Assembly: GCA_016124645.1 (NCBI GenBank)
Contig: WGNE01000017.1
Span: forward strand, 9,431-73,430
DNA from: Alphaproteobacteria bacterium
Lineage (GTDB): Bacteria; Pseudomonadota; Alphaproteobacteria; Micavibrionales; UBA2020
Direction: 5' to 3'
Length of the DNA stretch: 64,000 nucleotides
A model generated the notes under the pieces. The model saw only the letters and a list, made by a program, of their open reading frames with translations, searched no databases and had not been told where the DNA came from. The stretch's first letter is position 1, and the number at the start of each line of letters is the position of its first letter. The translations under genes and the position numbers were made by a program. This document shows, piece by piece, positions 1-10,954 of this stretch.

Positions 1-70
1 GCATGACTCTCTCGGTCGAAAGGGCTATGTTTTTGACATTGTTTCAATCTTGGTAATTTTTCGGAAAAAC

Positions 71-1510
71 GTGACGGATAAAATCACATTCCTGCTCAAC
101 GGCGAACGCGTGACGGTCGAAGGCCTGCCGCCCACGACCACGCTGCTGCAATACCTGCGCGAGCGCAAGCGCATGACCGGCACGAAGGAAGGCTGCGCGG
201 AGGGCGATTGCGGCGCCTGCACCGTCGCCGTCGGCAGCCTGCACGGCGGCAAAACCGGATACAAATCGCTCAACGCCTGCATCGCCCTGCTGCCGACGCT
301 GGACGGGCGGGAGGTGATTACCGTCGAGCACCTGAAAAGCAAGACCGGCGCGCCGAACGCGGTGCAAAAAGCGATGGTGGACTGCCACGCCTCGCAATGC
401 GGTTTTTGCACGCCGGGCTTCGTCATGTCGCTTTCCACGCTTTTGCACAACAAAAAACAGCCGGACGGGGAGGACGTGCAGGACGCGATCGCCGGCAACC
501 TCTGCCGCTGCACGGGCTACCGCCCCATTCTCGACGCCGCGCACCAGGCCGCGCAAAGCGAAGACAACGCGATGGCGGTCTCGCCCGACGTGCTGAAGGA
601 ACTGGCGCGGGGCAAAATGTTCCGCTACGAAACGCCGGAAGGAAAATTTTTCGCCCCCGTCACGGTGGAAGAATTGGCCGGAGTGCTGGCCGAATACCCG
701 GACGCCACCATGCTGGCGGGCGGCACGGACGTCGGGCTCTGGGTCACGAAATTCCACATGGACCTGCCGGTCATCGTCTATACCGCGAATATCTCCGCGC
801 TGCGCGAGATCAAAAAGACGGATGCGGGGCTGGAAATCGGCGCGGCGGCCAGCTACGCGGACGCTTTCGCCGCGCTCGCGGATTACGATGCCAGCATGGA
901 AACGCTGCTGCGCCGCTTCGCTTCGGTGCAAATCCGCAACGCGGGCACGGTCGGGGGGAACATCGCCAACGGCTCGCCCATCGGCGACGGGCCGCCGCCG
1001 CTCATCGTTCTGGGCGCGCGCATCACGCTGCGTTCCAAATCCGGCGCGCGCGAATTGCCGTTGGAAGATTTTTTCCTTGAATACAAAAAACAGGACCGGC
1101 AGCCGGGCGAATTTCTTGAGAAGATTTTCGTGCCGGAAAAGCCGCAAACCGTGCTGTTCAAGACCTACAAGCTTTCCAAGCGTTTCGATCAGGATATCTC
1201 CGCCGTCTGCGCCGCCTATGCGCTGGATGTTCAGGGCGGCAAGATCGTCGCCGCCCGCATCGCCCACGGCGGCATGGCGGGCACGCCGCAACGCGCCAGC
1301 GAAACCGAAGCCTTTTTGCAAGGCCGCGACTGGAACGAGGAAACCGTGCGCGGCGCGCAGGCCTTGCTGGAAAAAGACTACCGGCCCATGACCGACATGC
1401 GCGCCAGCGCGCAATACCGCATGGACGCGGCGAAGGGGCTGCTCTATCGCTTCTTCCTCGAAACCACCGCCCCCGAAGCGCAAACGCAGGTGTACGGCTA
1501 TGGCGGGTAA
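71..1510 (+). CDS. xdhA: Xanthine dehydrogenase small subunit (2Fe-2S + FAD)
   Basis: GTKEGCAEGDCGAC and CGFCTPG/NLCRCTGY 2Fe-2S motifs, AGGTD FAD motif, YKLSKRFDQDIS. Track ORF starts at 50; GTG at 71 (MTDKITFLLNG) is the more likely start. Confidence 0.95.
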   Translation: MTDKITFLLNGERVTVEGLPPTTTLLQYLRERKRMTGTKEGCAEGDCGACTVAVGSLHGGKTGYKSLNACIALLPTLDGREVITVEHLKSKTGAPNAVQKAMVDCHASQCGFCTPGFVMSLSTLLHNKKQPDGEDVQDAIAGNLCRCTGYRPILDAAHQAAQSEDNAMAVSPDVLKELARGKMFRYETPEGKFFAPVTVEELAGVLAEYPDATMLAGGTDVGLWVTKFHMDLPVIVYTANISALREIKKTDAGLEIGAAASYADAFAALADYDASMETLLRRFASVQIRNAGTVGGNIANGSPIGDGPPPLIVLGARITLRSKSGARELPLEDFFLEYKKQDRQPGEFLEKIFVPEKPQTVLFKTYKLSKRFDQDISAVCAAYALDVQGGKIVAARIAHGGMAGTPQRASETEAFLQGRDWNEETVRGAQALLEKDYRPMTDMRASAQYRMDAAKGLLYRFFLETTAPEAQTQVYGYGG

Positions 1511-3821
1511 GGCGCAAAAAGAAATAAGCGGCGGCATGGGCCAGCCGCAGGCGCATGACAGCGCGAAACTGCATGTCTCGGGCGAGGCGGTCTATACCGA
1601 CGATATCCGCGAGCCCGCGGGCTGCCTGCACGCCTGTATCCTCAAAAGCCCGCACGCCCATGCGAAAATAAAAAGCATCGACGTTTCCGCCTGCGCCATT
1701 CCCGGCGTCCATGCCGTGATGACGGCGAAGGACATTCCGGGCGCGAACGAAGTCGCGCCGGTTTTCGCGGGCGACCCGGTTTTCGCCACGGACGAGGTCT
1801 TTTATGCCGGCCAGTCCGTTCTGGCCGTCGCGGCGGAGAGCATCGGGATTGCGCGCAAGGCGGCGCATCTCGCGAAAATCGAATACGAGGAACTGCCGGC
1901 GATATTGAACGTGCATGACGCGATGAGGTCCGAAAAATACGTGGGCGATCCCTACGTCATGCAGCAGGGCGACAGCGCGGCGGGGCTTTCGGGCGCGCAG
2001 CATAAAATCTCCGGCGCGCTCGACATCGGCGGGCAGGACCATTTCTACCTCGAAGGGCAGATCGCCATGGCGACGCCGCAGGAAAACGGGGAGATGCACT
2101 GCTGGTCTTCCACCCAGCACCCGTCGGAGGTGCAGCACCTCATCGCCAAGGTGCTGGGCATCCGCGACCATCTCGTCACCGTCGATGTGCGCCGCATGGG
2201 CGGCGGCTTCGGCGGCAAGGAAAGCCAGGCCTCGCTCATCGCCTGCGTCGCCGCGCTGCTGGCGAACAAAACGGGCCGCCCCGTCAAGCTGCGGCTGGAC
2301 CGCGACGACGACATGATCATGACCGGCAAGCGGCACGATTTCAACATCCGTTACGACGTCGGCTTCGACGATACGGGGCTGATTGCGGGCATCGAGTTCA
2401 CGCAGGCTTCCAACTGCGGGATGAGCGCGGACCTCTCCAATGCCATCGCGGACCGCGCGATGTTCCATGCCGACAATTGCTACTTTCTCGAAAACGCGAA
2501 AGTGACCAGCTACCGCTGCTTCACCCACAAGGTTTCCAACACCGCCTTTCGCGGTTTCGGCGGGCCGCAGGGGATGCTGGCGATGGAATACGTCATCGAC
2601 GACATCGCCCGCAAGCTGGGCAAGGACCCGCTGGAGGTGCGCAAGGTCAATCTCTACGACGCGAAGGGCGCGCTGAAAAACCGCTGCACCACCCATTACG
2701 GCATGACGGTCGAGGACAACATCATTCGCGACATCTTCGCCGAAATCGAGAAAACCGGCGATTACGCCGCGCGCGTGAAGCAGGCGCGCGACTTCAATGC
2801 GAAAAGCCCGGTGCTGAAAAAAGGCATCGCGCTCACGCCCGTGAAATTCGGCATCAGCTTCACCCTCACCATGCTCAATCAGGCGGGGGCGCTGGTGCAT
2901 GTCTATAAGGACGGCACGGTGCAGCTCAACCACGGCGGCACGGAAATGGGGCAGGGACTGCACACCAAGGTCTGCCAGGTGGTGGCGGACGAATTCCAGA
3001 TCGATATTTCCGACGTGCGCATCACCGCGACCAGCACGGGCAAGGTGCCCAATACCTCGGCCACCGCCGCTTCCAGCGGCTCCGACCTCAACGGCATGGC
3101 GGCGCAGGCGGCGGCGCGCACCATCAAGCAACGCCTCGTCTCCTTCGCGGCGCAGCATTTCAATTGCGCGGAAATCGCCGTGTCCTTCCACGGCGGCATG
3201 GTGACGGCGGGCGAGGAGACGATGAGCTTCGCGCAGATGGTCTCGCTCGCCTACGTCAACCGCGTCTCGCTCTCCTCTACCGGTTTTTACAGCACGCCGA
3301 AAATCGACTGGGACAGGCCGAAGGCCAAGGGCCGCCCGTTCTTCTACTTCGCCTATGGCGCGGCGATTTCGGAGGTCATCGTCGATACGCTGACCGGCGA
3401 ATACAATATATTGCGCACGGATATCCTGCATGACGCGGGCCGCGCGCTCAACCCCGCCATCGACATCGGGCAGGTGGAGGGCGGCTTCGTGCAGGGCACG
3501 GGCTGGCTGACATCGGAAGAGCTCTGGTGGAACGAAAAGGGCGAGCTGAAGACCCACGCGCCCAGCACCTACAAGATCCCGACCGGCCGCGACATCCCCA
3601 AGGATTTCCGCGTCGCGCTGTTCGAAAACGAAAACAGCGAGCAGACCATCTACCGCTCCAAGGCGGTGGGCGAGCCGCCGCTGATGCTGGGCATTTCCGT
3701 CTTCCTCGCCCTGCGCGACGCTGTCGCGGCCTGCGGCCCGGAAGGCTGCCTGCCCCCGCTGCAGGCGCCCGCCACGCCGGAAAACGTGCTGAAGGCCGTT
3801 CAGGCGGTGCGGAAATCATGA
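1500..3821 (+). CDS. xdhB: Xanthine dehydrogenase molybdopterin-binding subunit
   Basis: GGGFGGKE, AFRGFGGPQG, GGTEMGQG, IDIGQVEGGF and SKAVGEPP motifs; overlaps the xdhA stop. Confidence 0.96.
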   Translation: MAGKAQKEISGGMGQPQAHDSAKLHVSGEAVYTDDIREPAGCLHACILKSPHAHAKIKSIDVSACAIPGVHAVMTAKDIPGANEVAPVFAGDPVFATDEVFYAGQSVLAVAAESIGIARKAAHLAKIEYEELPAILNVHDAMRSEKYVGDPYVMQQGDSAAGLSGAQHKISGALDIGGQDHFYLEGQIAMATPQENGEMHCWSSTQHPSEVQHLIAKVLGIRDHLVTVDVRRMGGGFGGKESQASLIACVAALLANKTGRPVKLRLDRDDDMIMTGKRHDFNIRYDVGFDDTGLIAGIEFTQASNCGMSADLSNAIADRAMFHADNCYFLENAKVTSYRCFTHKVSNTAFRGFGGPQGMLAMEYVIDDIARKLGKDPLEVRKVNLYDAKGALKNRCTTHYGMTVEDNIIRDIFAEIEKTGDYAARVKQARDFNAKSPVLKKGIALTPVKFGISFTLTMLNQAGALVHVYKDGTVQLNHGGTEMGQGLHTKVCQVVADEFQIDISDVRITATSTGKVPNTSATAASSGSDLNGMAAQAAARTIKQRLVSFAAQHFNCAEIAVSFHGGMVTAGEETMSFAQMVSLAYVNRVSLSSTGFYSTPKIDWDRPKAKGRPFFYFAYGAAISEVIVDTLTGEYNILRTDILHDAGRALNPAIDIGQVEGGFVQGTGWLTSEELWWNEKGELKTHAPSTYKIPTGRDIPKDFRVALFENENSEQTIYRSKAVGEPPLMLGISVFLALRDAVAACGPEGCLPPLQAPATPENVLKAVQAVRKS

Positions 3822-4642
3822 GCGGCGGCACGAACCACGACTGGCTGCCGGTGCTGACCGGGCTGACGGAAAAGGGAACGCCCTGCGTGCTCATCACCGT
3901 GATGGAGGCGAAGGGTTCCACCCCGCGCGAGGCGGGGGTGAAGATGATTGCGACGGCGGGGGAGCAATTCGGCACCATCGGCGGCGGCAACCTCGAATTT
4001 CAGGCGGTGGAAGCCGCGCGCGCATTGCTGCAATCCGCCACGGGGCCGCAGGTGAAGGATTACCCGCTGGGCCCCAAGCTGGCGCAATGCTGCGGCGGCG
4101 CGGTCACGGTCTTTCTGGAGCCTTTCGTGGCGAATGATAAAACCCTCTATCTTTTCGGCGCGGGCCATGTCGGTCGCGAGGTCGTGAAGGTGCTGGACGG
4201 GCTGCCGGTCAAAGTGAAATGGATTGACGCGCGCGCGGATGAATTCCCCGGCGAAGCGCCGAAGAACTGCGAAAAGATTTTGACCAACGCGCCCGCCGCG
4301 GAGCTGCGCGATATCGACGAAAATTCCTTCATCGTCATCATGACCCACAGCCATGACCTCGATTACGAACTGGTGCGCGGCGCATCCAAAAACGGGAAAT
4401 TCGCCTACCTCGGCCTCATCGGCTCCGCGACCAAGCGCGCGAAGTTCGAAAAACGCCTGAAGGCGGAAGGCGTGTCGCCCGAAGACCTTTTGCGCCTCGT
4501 CTGCCCCATCGGCGTCGGCGGGGTGACGGGCAAGCACCCGCGCGAAATTGCCATCGCCGTGGCGGCGCAGCTGCTCGGCCTCGGCCTTGCCCGCGCCGTG
4601 AAGCAACAAGAAGAAAATCCGAAAGAAAGGGATATCGCATGA
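3818..4642 (+). CDS. xdhC: Xanthine dehydrogenase accessory protein (Moco chaperone)
   Basis: GSTPRE, GTIGGGNLE, QCCGG, FGAGHVG, MTHSHDLD, YLGLIGSATKR, CPIG motifs; ATGA overlap with xdhB at 3818-3821. Confidence 0.93.
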   Translation: MSGGTNHDWLPVLTGLTEKGTPCVLITVMEAKGSTPREAGVKMIATAGEQFGTIGGGNLEFQAVEAARALLQSATGPQVKDYPLGPKLAQCCGGAVTVFLEPFVANDKTLYLFGAGHVGREVVKVLDGLPVKVKWIDARADEFPGEAPKNCEKILTNAPAAELRDIDENSFIVIMTHSHDLDYELVRGASKNGKFAYLGLIGSATKRAKFEKRLKAEGVSPEDLLRLVCPIGVGGVTGKHPREIAIAVAAQLLGLGLARAVKQQEENPKERDIA

Positions 4643-5814
4643 CCGTCCAGCGTCCGCTCTACCTCGATTACCATTCCACCACGCCCTGCGACCCCGCGGC
4701 GCTGGAGGCCATGCTGCCCTATTTCGGGCCGGAAAAATTCGGCAATCCGGGGGCGAAGGCCCATGCCCACGGCCGCCGCGCGGCGGCGGAGCTGGAAGCG
4801 GCCAAGGCGCGCATCGCCGCCCTCGTCGGCGCGACGGCTGAATCGCTGACGGTGACGAGCGGCGCCACGGAGTCGAACAACCTCGCCCTGCTGGGCACGG
4901 CGGCAGCGGCGGCGGAAGCGAAGACCGGCCGCAATGAAATCCTGGTGGGCGCGCTGGAACACGACTGCGTGCGCAAAACCTTCGAGCATCTGGGAAAAAA
5001 GGGCTTTGCGGTGATAACCGTACCCGCGACCTCCGAAGGTTTCATCACGGCGGCGGCGGTGAAGGAGCGCGTGTCCGACAAGACCCTGCTCGTTTCCGTC
5101 ATGGCGGCGAACCATGAAATCGGCACCGTGCAGCCGGTGGCGGAAATCGCGAAGGTCGCGCATGATGCGGGCGCGCTGTTTCATTCGGACGCGGCGCAGG
5201 CGGCGGGGAAAATCCCGCTCGACGTCGCGGCGATGGATATCGATATGCTCAGCTTTTGCAGTCATAAGATTTACGGGCCTTCGGGCATCGGCGCGCTTTA
5301 CGTGCGCCAGAAACCGCCGGTCGCGATCGATTCCGTTTTTCACGGCGGCTCGCAGCAAAGCCTGCGCCCCGGCACAGTGCCCCTCGCGCTCGCCGTCGGC
5401 TTCGGCGCGGCCTGCGATATCGCGCGGGAAAAGATGGAAGAACAGGCAAGGCATCTTTCCGCGCGCGCGGAACTCCTCTTGAAAACGCTGGAAGAGGCGG
5501 GGGCGGGCCATGCCGTCAACGGCGCGCTGTCGCCGCGCCTGCCGGGCTCGCTCAACCTGCGCTTCGAAGGCGTGATGGCGGAAGACTTGATGCTCGACCT
5601 CGCGGAGGAGCTTTGCATGTCCACCGGCGCGGCCTGCGCCTCGGCCGCGAAGAAGCCCTCCCCGGTTTTGAAGGCCATCGGCCTTTCGGACGAGCAAATC
5701 GCGGGCAGCGTGCGCATCTCGCTGGGACGTAAGACGACGGAAGAAGACGTGATTTTTGCCGCCCGGACGCTGGCCGATGCCGCCAAACGCCTGCGCAAAA
5801 GCGCCGCTGCCTGA
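4639..5814 (+). CDS. Cysteine desulfurase (IscS/NifS group I)
   Basis: YLDYHSTTP, TSGATESNN, HSDAAQ, SHKIYGP (PLP lysine) and STGAACAS (catalytic Cys loop); ATGA overlap with xdhC. Confidence 0.92.
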   Translation: MTVQRPLYLDYHSTTPCDPAALEAMLPYFGPEKFGNPGAKAHAHGRRAAAELEAAKARIAALVGATAESLTVTSGATESNNLALLGTAAAAAEAKTGRNEILVGALEHDCVRKTFEHLGKKGFAVITVPATSEGFITAAAVKERVSDKTLLVSVMAANHEIGTVQPVAEIAKVAHDAGALFHSDAAQAAGKIPLDVAAMDIDMLSFCSHKIYGPSGIGALYVRQKPPVAIDSVFHGGSQQSLRPGTVPLALAVGFGAACDIAREKMEEQARHLSARAELLLKTLEEAGAGHAVNGALSPRLPGSLNLRFEGVMAEDLMLDLAEELCMSTGAACASAAKKPSPVLKAIGLSDEQIAGSVRISLGRKTTEEDVIFAARTLADAAKRLRKSAAA

Positions 5815-5898
5815 AAATATTCAGGCAAATCAGGCGTGTAAAACACGGCTGGACAGGTCTATAATGCCCCCTATCTGTTATTAAGGCAGGGGGTTCTC

Positions 5899-8157
5899 AT
5901 GGCGGATCATCAACATGACGGCGAAAAACCGAAAACTGAAGGCGGGTGCTGCCATCATCACCACGCGCCTTCCGGCCTGCCGCCGCTGAAGGTCATCGAC
6001 CGCCCCGGCGGCGCGAAGCCGCCGCCCGTCGCGCATGAAGGCGAGAGCGTCATATATATATGCCCCATGCACCCCGAGGTTCGCAAGGAAGGCCCGGGCA
6101 ATTGCCCCATCTGCGGCATGGCGCTGGAACCCGAAATCGTCACCGCCGAAGCGCCGAAGAACCACGAGCTGGAAGACATGTGGCGCCGCCTGCAGGGCGC
6201 GGCTTTGCTGACCCTGCCGGTCTTCCTGCTCGCCATGGTGCTGCCGATGTTCGACCGCAGCCATTTTCTTTCCCCCGCCGCGGCGCAGCACCTGCAGATG
6301 GTTCTGGCGACCCCCGTCGTGCTCTGGGCGGGCTGGCCTTTCTTCCTGCGCGGCTGGCAGTCGCTGCGCGGGTTCAACCTCAACATGTTCACCCTCATCG
6401 CCATCGGCACGGGCACGGCATGGCTTTACAGCATGGCGGCGACGCTGGCGCCGGGGCTGTTCCCCGAAGCCTTCCGCGCGAAGGACGGGGGCGTGGCGGT
6501 TTATTTCGACGCGGCCGCCATGATCACGACGCTGGTCCTCATCGGACAGGTGCTGGAACTGCGCGCAAGGGAAAAAACGGGGGACGCGATCCGCGCCCTC
6601 ATGGGCCTCGCGCCCAAGACCGCGCGGCGCGTCGGCAAGGACGGTGGCGAGCAGGACGTGCCGCTGGAAGAGATCGAGGCGGGCGACCTGCTGCGCGTGC
6701 GCCCCGGCGAGAAAGTGCCGGTGGACGGCGAGGTGACGGAGGGCAAAAGCGCCATCGACGCCGCCATGGTGACGGGGGAGCCGATGCCGGTTTCCATCGG
6801 GCCGGGCGACAAGGTTATCGGCGCGACGCTCAACCAGACGGGCAGCTTCGTCATGCGCGCGGAAAAAGTCGGGCGCGATACGCTGCTTTCCCAGATCGTC
6901 TCCATGGTGGCGGAAGCGCAGCGCAGCCGCGCGCCCATGCAGAAACTGGCGGACAAGGTGGCGTCATATTTCGTGCCCGCCGTCATCGCTTGCGCGGTTT
7001 TCAGCGCGGTTCTCTGGGCGCTCTTCGGTCCCGCGCCGGCGGCGGCCCATGCGCTGCTGGCGGCGGTTTCAGTGCTCATCATCGCCTGCCCCTGCGCGCT
7101 GGGGCTGGCGACGCCGGTCTCGGTCATGGTCGGCATCGGGCGCGGCGCGCGCGCGGGCGTTCTCATCCGCAACGCGGAATCGCTCGAGCGCATGGAAAAG
7201 GCCGATACGCTGGTGGTCGATAAAACCGGCACGCTGACCGAGGGCAAGCCGAAGGTGACGCAGGTCGCCGCCGCCTACGGCTTTGATGAAAACAGGGTTC
7301 TGGAACTCGCCGCCGCGCTCGAAAAAGGCAGCGAGCACCCGCTGGCGCAGGCCGTGCTGGCAGCCGCGAAGGAAAGAAACATCGCACCGCAAGACTGCGA
7401 AGATTTCGCCGCCGTGACCGGCAAGGGCGTGACGGCGCGCGTGGGCGGCAAAGCCGTCGCCCTCGGCAACGCCGCGCTGATGGCGGACCAGAACGCCGAT
7501 ACGGACAAGCTTTCGGCGGAGGCCGAAAGGCTGCGCGGGGAGGCGGCGACAGTCGTCTTCCTTGCCGTGGACGGCAAGGCGGCGGGGCTCATCGCCATTT
7601 CCGACCCGGTCAAGGGCAACGCGGGCGAAAGCATCCGCGCGCTCAAAAAAAGCGGCCTGCGCGTCGTGATGCTGACGGGGGACGATGAAACCACGGCGAA
7701 AGCGGTCGCGCAAAAACTCGGCATCGAAGACGTCACCGCCGGGGTGCTGCCCGCCGACAAGGCGCGCATCGTGAAGGAACTGCAGGAAAAAGGCGCGGTC
7801 GTCGCCATGGCGGGGGACGGCACCAACGACGCCCCCGCGCTCGCCGCCGCCGACATCGGCATCGCCATGGGCACCGGCACGGACGTTGCGATGCAAAGCG
7901 CGGGGGTCACGCTTTTGCACGGCGACCTTGCGGGGATTTTAAGGGCGCGGCGGCTCTCGCGCGCGGTCATGGGCAATATCCGCCAGAACCTGTTTTTCGC
8001 CTTCGTCTATAACATGGCGGGGGTGCCGGTGGCGGCGGGGCTGCTCTACCCCTTCTTCGGCATCCTGCTCAGCCCGGTCATCGCGGCGGCGGCCATGTCG
8101 CTGAGCTCGGTCTCCGTCATCTCCAATGCCCTGCGGCTGAAATGGGCGCGGCTGTAA
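5899..8157 (+). CDS. copA: Cu(I)/Ag(I)-translocating P1B-type ATPase
   Basis: N-terminal CCHHHH and [17 protein letters not shown] metal-binding domain; TGE, CPC, DKTGTLT, SEHP, GDGTND, YN and MSLSS motifs. Confidence 0.9.
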   Translation: MADHQHDGEKPKTEGGCCHHHHAPSGLPPLKVIDRPGGAKPPPVAHEGESVIYICPMHPEVRKEGPGNCPICGMALEPEIVTAEAPKNHELEDMWRRLQGAALLTLPVFLLAMVLPMFDRSHFLSPAAAQHLQMVLATPVVLWAGWPFFLRGWQSLRGFNLNMFTLIAIGTGTAWLYSMAATLAPGLFPEAFRAKDGGVAVYFDAAAMITTLVLIGQVLELRAREKTGDAIRALMGLAPKTARRVGKDGGEQDVPLEEIEAGDLLRVRPGEKVPVDGEVTEGKSAIDAAMVTGEPMPVSIGPGDKVIGATLNQTGSFVMRAEKVGRDTLLSQIVSMVAEAQRSRAPMQKLADKVASYFVPAVIACAVFSAVLWALFGPAPAAAHALLAAVSVLIIACPCALGLATPVSVMVGIGRGARAGVLIRNAESLERMEKADTLVVDKTGTLTEGKPKVTQVAAAYGFDENRVLELAAALEKGSEHPLAQAVLAAAKERNIAPQDCEDFAAVTGKGVTARVGGKAVALGNAALMADQNADTDKLSAEAERLRGEAATVVFLAVDGKAAGLIAISDPVKGNAGESIRALKKSGLRVVMLTGDDETTAKAVAQKLGIEDVTAGVLPADKARIVKELQEKGAVVAMAGDGTNDAPALAAADIGIAMGTGTDVAMQSAGVTLLHGDLAGILRARRLSRAVMGNIRQNLFFAFVYNMAGVPVAAGLLYPFFGILLSPVIAAAAMSLSSVSVISNALRLKWARL

Positions 8158-8283
8158 GAGGGGGCTGACAGCGGCTTGAAATATCACTATATTTTATCAG
8201 TTGTTTTCGGGCCTAATATTACATATTATTAGAGTATCCGAATTTTTTATATCAACCTTCAGGAATATCGAGGTTTCAAACAC

Positions 8284-10434
8284 ATGGCCAAAACACCCGA
8301 GACGCCCGCGGACCTGACCGGCAACCCGCTCATCAACCCGCCCGAAGCGCCCCACGGCGCGCCCCCGCTCGACAGCGTGAAGCCCGAGCATTTCCTGCCT
8401 GCGCAGGCCTATGCCCTGACCAAGGCCCGTCAGCAGATCGAGGACATCAAGGCCAACCGCGCCGCCCCGAGTTTTGAAAACACCATCGTCGCGCTCGAGC
8501 TTTCGGGCCAGCTGGCGGGGCGGGTCATGAACCTTTTCGGCAACATCCTGGGCGCCAACGGCAACGACGCGCTGCGCGCGATCGAGGACGACCTCGAGCT
8601 CGCCGCCGTGAAGTTCGGCAACGACATCTCGCTCGACGAAGACCTGTTCAAGCGCGTGAAGGCGGTCTATGACCAGAAGGACAAGCTGAACCTGACGACC
8701 GAGCAGCAAACCCTGCTCGACCGCACCTATAAAGGCTTCGTGCGCAACGGCGCGAACCTCGACGATACCGCCAAGACCGAGCTGCGCGACATCAACGAGA
8801 AGCTGGCCAAGCTCTACACCGCCTTCGAGAAGAACGTGGTGAAATCCACCGCCGAATACAAAAAGGTCATCGACAACGAAGACGACCTGAAAGGCCTGCC
8901 GGGCCGCGTGAAGGCGATGTACGCCCATTTCGCGGAAGAGGAAGGGCTGCAGGGCAAATGGCTCATCAAGCTGTCCCCGCCGCCGATCGACATTTTCGAA
9001 TACGCCGAGAACCGCGAGCTGCGCGAGGAAATCTACCGCGCCCGCACCAACGTGGCCGCCGGCGGCGACCAGTACGACAACCACCAGAACGTGCTCGACA
9101 TGGTCGCCCTGCGCCAGCGCAAGGCGGAACTGATGGGCTTCGACAACTTCGCGGCCTATATCCTCGACGACCGCATGGCGAAAACGCCGGACGCGGTCAT
9201 GGACTTCCTGCAGAAGAACCAGGACGTCTATCGCCCCGCGGCCGAGGAATACTTGGACAAGGTGAAGGACTACGCCGAGAAGAACGACGGCGTGAAGGAC
9301 TTCCAGAGCTGGGATTTCATGTACTACAGCCGCAAGCTGAAGGAAGAGACCTTCCAGATGAGCATGGAGGAGGTCCGCCCCTATTTCGACCTCGAAAAGG
9401 TTCTCGAAGGCCTGCGCCAGCACGCCGAGAAGCTGTTCAACATCGAGCTGACCGAGACCAAGGACAAATACCCCGTCTATCACGAGGACGTGAAGGTCTA
9501 TGAAGTCAAGGACAAGCAAAGCGGCGAGATGATCGGGCTGTTCTACGCGGACTACTACGCCCGCGCCGGCGCCAAGAACAACGGCGCCTGGATGAACACC
9601 ATGCGCAAGCGCGGGCTGACGGACGAGGGCGAGAACGAGTTTTCCATCGTCACCAACGTCTGCAACTTCCCGAAACCGACGAAGGACCACCCCACGCTGC
9701 TTTCGCTCGACGACGTGCGCACGGTCTTCCACGAATTCGGCCACGGGCTGCACGCGTTGCTGGCGGAGGGCAACTACCGCTCGCTCACCTGCACCAGCGT
9801 GAAGCGCGACTTCGTCGAGCTGCCCTCGCAGCTGCAGGAGAACTGGGTGCGCGAGAAGGAGGTGCTGGACACCTTCGCCAAGCACAAGGACACCGGCGCG
9901 CCCATCCCGGACGAGTTGATCCAGAAAATCCAGGACATGGAGAATTTCGACGCGGGCTATCGCGGCCTTCGCCAGACCTTCTTCGGCCTGCTTGATATGA
10001 AATGGCACACGACCGACCCCGCGACGATCAAGAGCGTTGAGGACTTCGAGGACGCTGTCATCGACGAAACCGGCGTGCCCGCGCGCGTCGCCGGCCCGCA
10101 GACGACGGCCTTCGGCCACCTTTTCGCGGGCGAGGGCTATTCCGCCGGCTACTACGGCTACAAATGGGCGGAAGCGCTGGACGCCGACGTCTTCTCCGAA
10201 TTCGAGAAGAAGGGGCTCTACGACAAGGAAAGCGCCGACCGCCTGCGCGAGACCATCTATTCCAAGGGCGGCACGCAGGACCCGATGGAGCTGTTCAAGG
10301 CGATGATGGGCCGCGAGCCCGACCCCGCCGCGCTGTTCCGCCGCGAAGGCCTGTTGAAGGAAGACAAGAAACCTGCGAACACCAACGACGCCAGGCCGTC
10401 CGGGAAGAAGCCGCCGAAAAGCGGCAATTCCTGA
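8284..10434 (+). CDS. M3A family zinc metallopeptidase (Dcp/oligopeptidase A-like)
   Basis: FHEFGHGLH zinc motif, DFVELPSQLQENW, GYSAGYYGYKWAE; no signal peptide; extra Lys/Pro-rich C-terminal tail. Confidence 0.92.
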   Translation: MAKTPETPADLTGNPLINPPEAPHGAPPLDSVKPEHFLPAQAYALTKARQQIEDIKANRAAPSFENTIVALELSGQLAGRVMNLFGNILGANGNDALRAIEDDLELAAVKFGNDISLDEDLFKRVKAVYDQKDKLNLTTEQQTLLDRTYKGFVRNGANLDDTAKTELRDINEKLAKLYTAFEKNVVKSTAEYKKVIDNEDDLKGLPGRVKAMYAHFAEEEGLQGKWLIKLSPPPIDIFEYAENRELREEIYRARTNVAAGGDQYDNHQNVLDMVALRQRKAELMGFDNFAAYILDDRMAKTPDAVMDFLQKNQDVYRPAAEEYLDKVKDYAEKNDGVKDFQSWDFMYYSRKLKEETFQMSMEEVRPYFDLEKVLEGLRQHAEKLFNIELTETKDKYPVYHEDVKVYEVKDKQSGEMIGLFYADYYARAGAKNNGAWMNTMRKRGLTDEGENEFSIVTNVCNFPKPTKDHPTLLSLDDVRTVFHEFGHGLHALLAEGNYRSLTCTSVKRDFVELPSQLQENWVREKEVLDTFAKHKDTGAPIPDELIQKIQDMENFDAGYRGLRQTFFGLLDMKWHTTDPATIKSVEDFEDAVIDETGVPARVAGPQTTAFGHLFAGEGYSAGYYGYKWAEALDADVFSEFEKKGLYDKESADRLRETIYSKGGTQDPMELFKAMMGREPDPAALFRREGLLKEDKKPANTNDARPSGKKPPKSGNS

Positions 10435-10455
10435 CCGGCCGCTATAGAGACGTTA

Positions 10456-10489
10456 AAAAATGCGCTCCCGTAAAAAGGAGCGCATTTTT
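10456..10489. terminator. Bidirectional intrinsic terminator
   Basis: aaaaatgcgctcc-cgtaaaaa-ggagcgcattttt hairpin with A/T tracts on both sides, between convergent ORFs. Confidence 0.8.
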
Positions 10490-10533
10490 CTTTGTTCGCC
10501 TTGGGGGCAATATCTCGTTTGAAGCGCGCGCTT

Positions 10534-10686
10534 TCAGTCGGTCGCGCGGCAGCAGCATTCCTGCTCTTTTTTCAGCAGGGGCGGGCGCTTGACCGGCTTG
10601 GTGTAAAAGCTCTGCGCGCTCGTGATCTTCGTTTTTTCTTCGGTTTGCTTCTTGGCGGCGTTGGTGTGCGTGTTGTTCCGTGACAT
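10534..10686 (-). CDS. Putative small basic protein (50 aa) ending in ECCCRATD
   Basis: ATG at 10686 preceded by aaaggcaggagagg; the ORF ends just before the bidirectional terminator; no recognisable domain. Confidence 0.35.
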   Translation of the reverse strand: MSRNNTHTNAAKKQTEEKTKITSAQSFYTKPVKRPPLLKKEQECCCRATD

Positions 10687-10954
10687 CCTCTCCTGCCTTT
10701 CTGTCCTGAACGGACGCATTTTAAAAAATCAGTGCTCAAATAAACGGTGGTGAAAAATACAACGTTGATAAAGGATAAACGTTCCCTTCGATTCTTGTCA
10801 CGTTTTTGGCGGGTGAAAAACGCTTAATTATATTGCTTTTTTGCGTATGGATGTTTCAAAAGCGCCGTTAAATCGGTGATATCGCCCGATTGGTGCAATG
10901 CAATTGCCGGGGTGCAGCAATTTTCATTTATGTCCAAGCGGAGGGGCCGAAAGC

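Noticed and set aside
33-47. TTGACATTGTTTCAA upstream of xdhA as an FNR box or -35
   Set aside because: The spacing is N7, not N6, and there is no well-spaced -10; upstream context is cut by the window edge.
5840-5890. CueR or CsoR operator upstream of the copper ATPase
   Set aside because: TATAAT is present, but there is no convincing dyad or 19-bp-spacer promoter.
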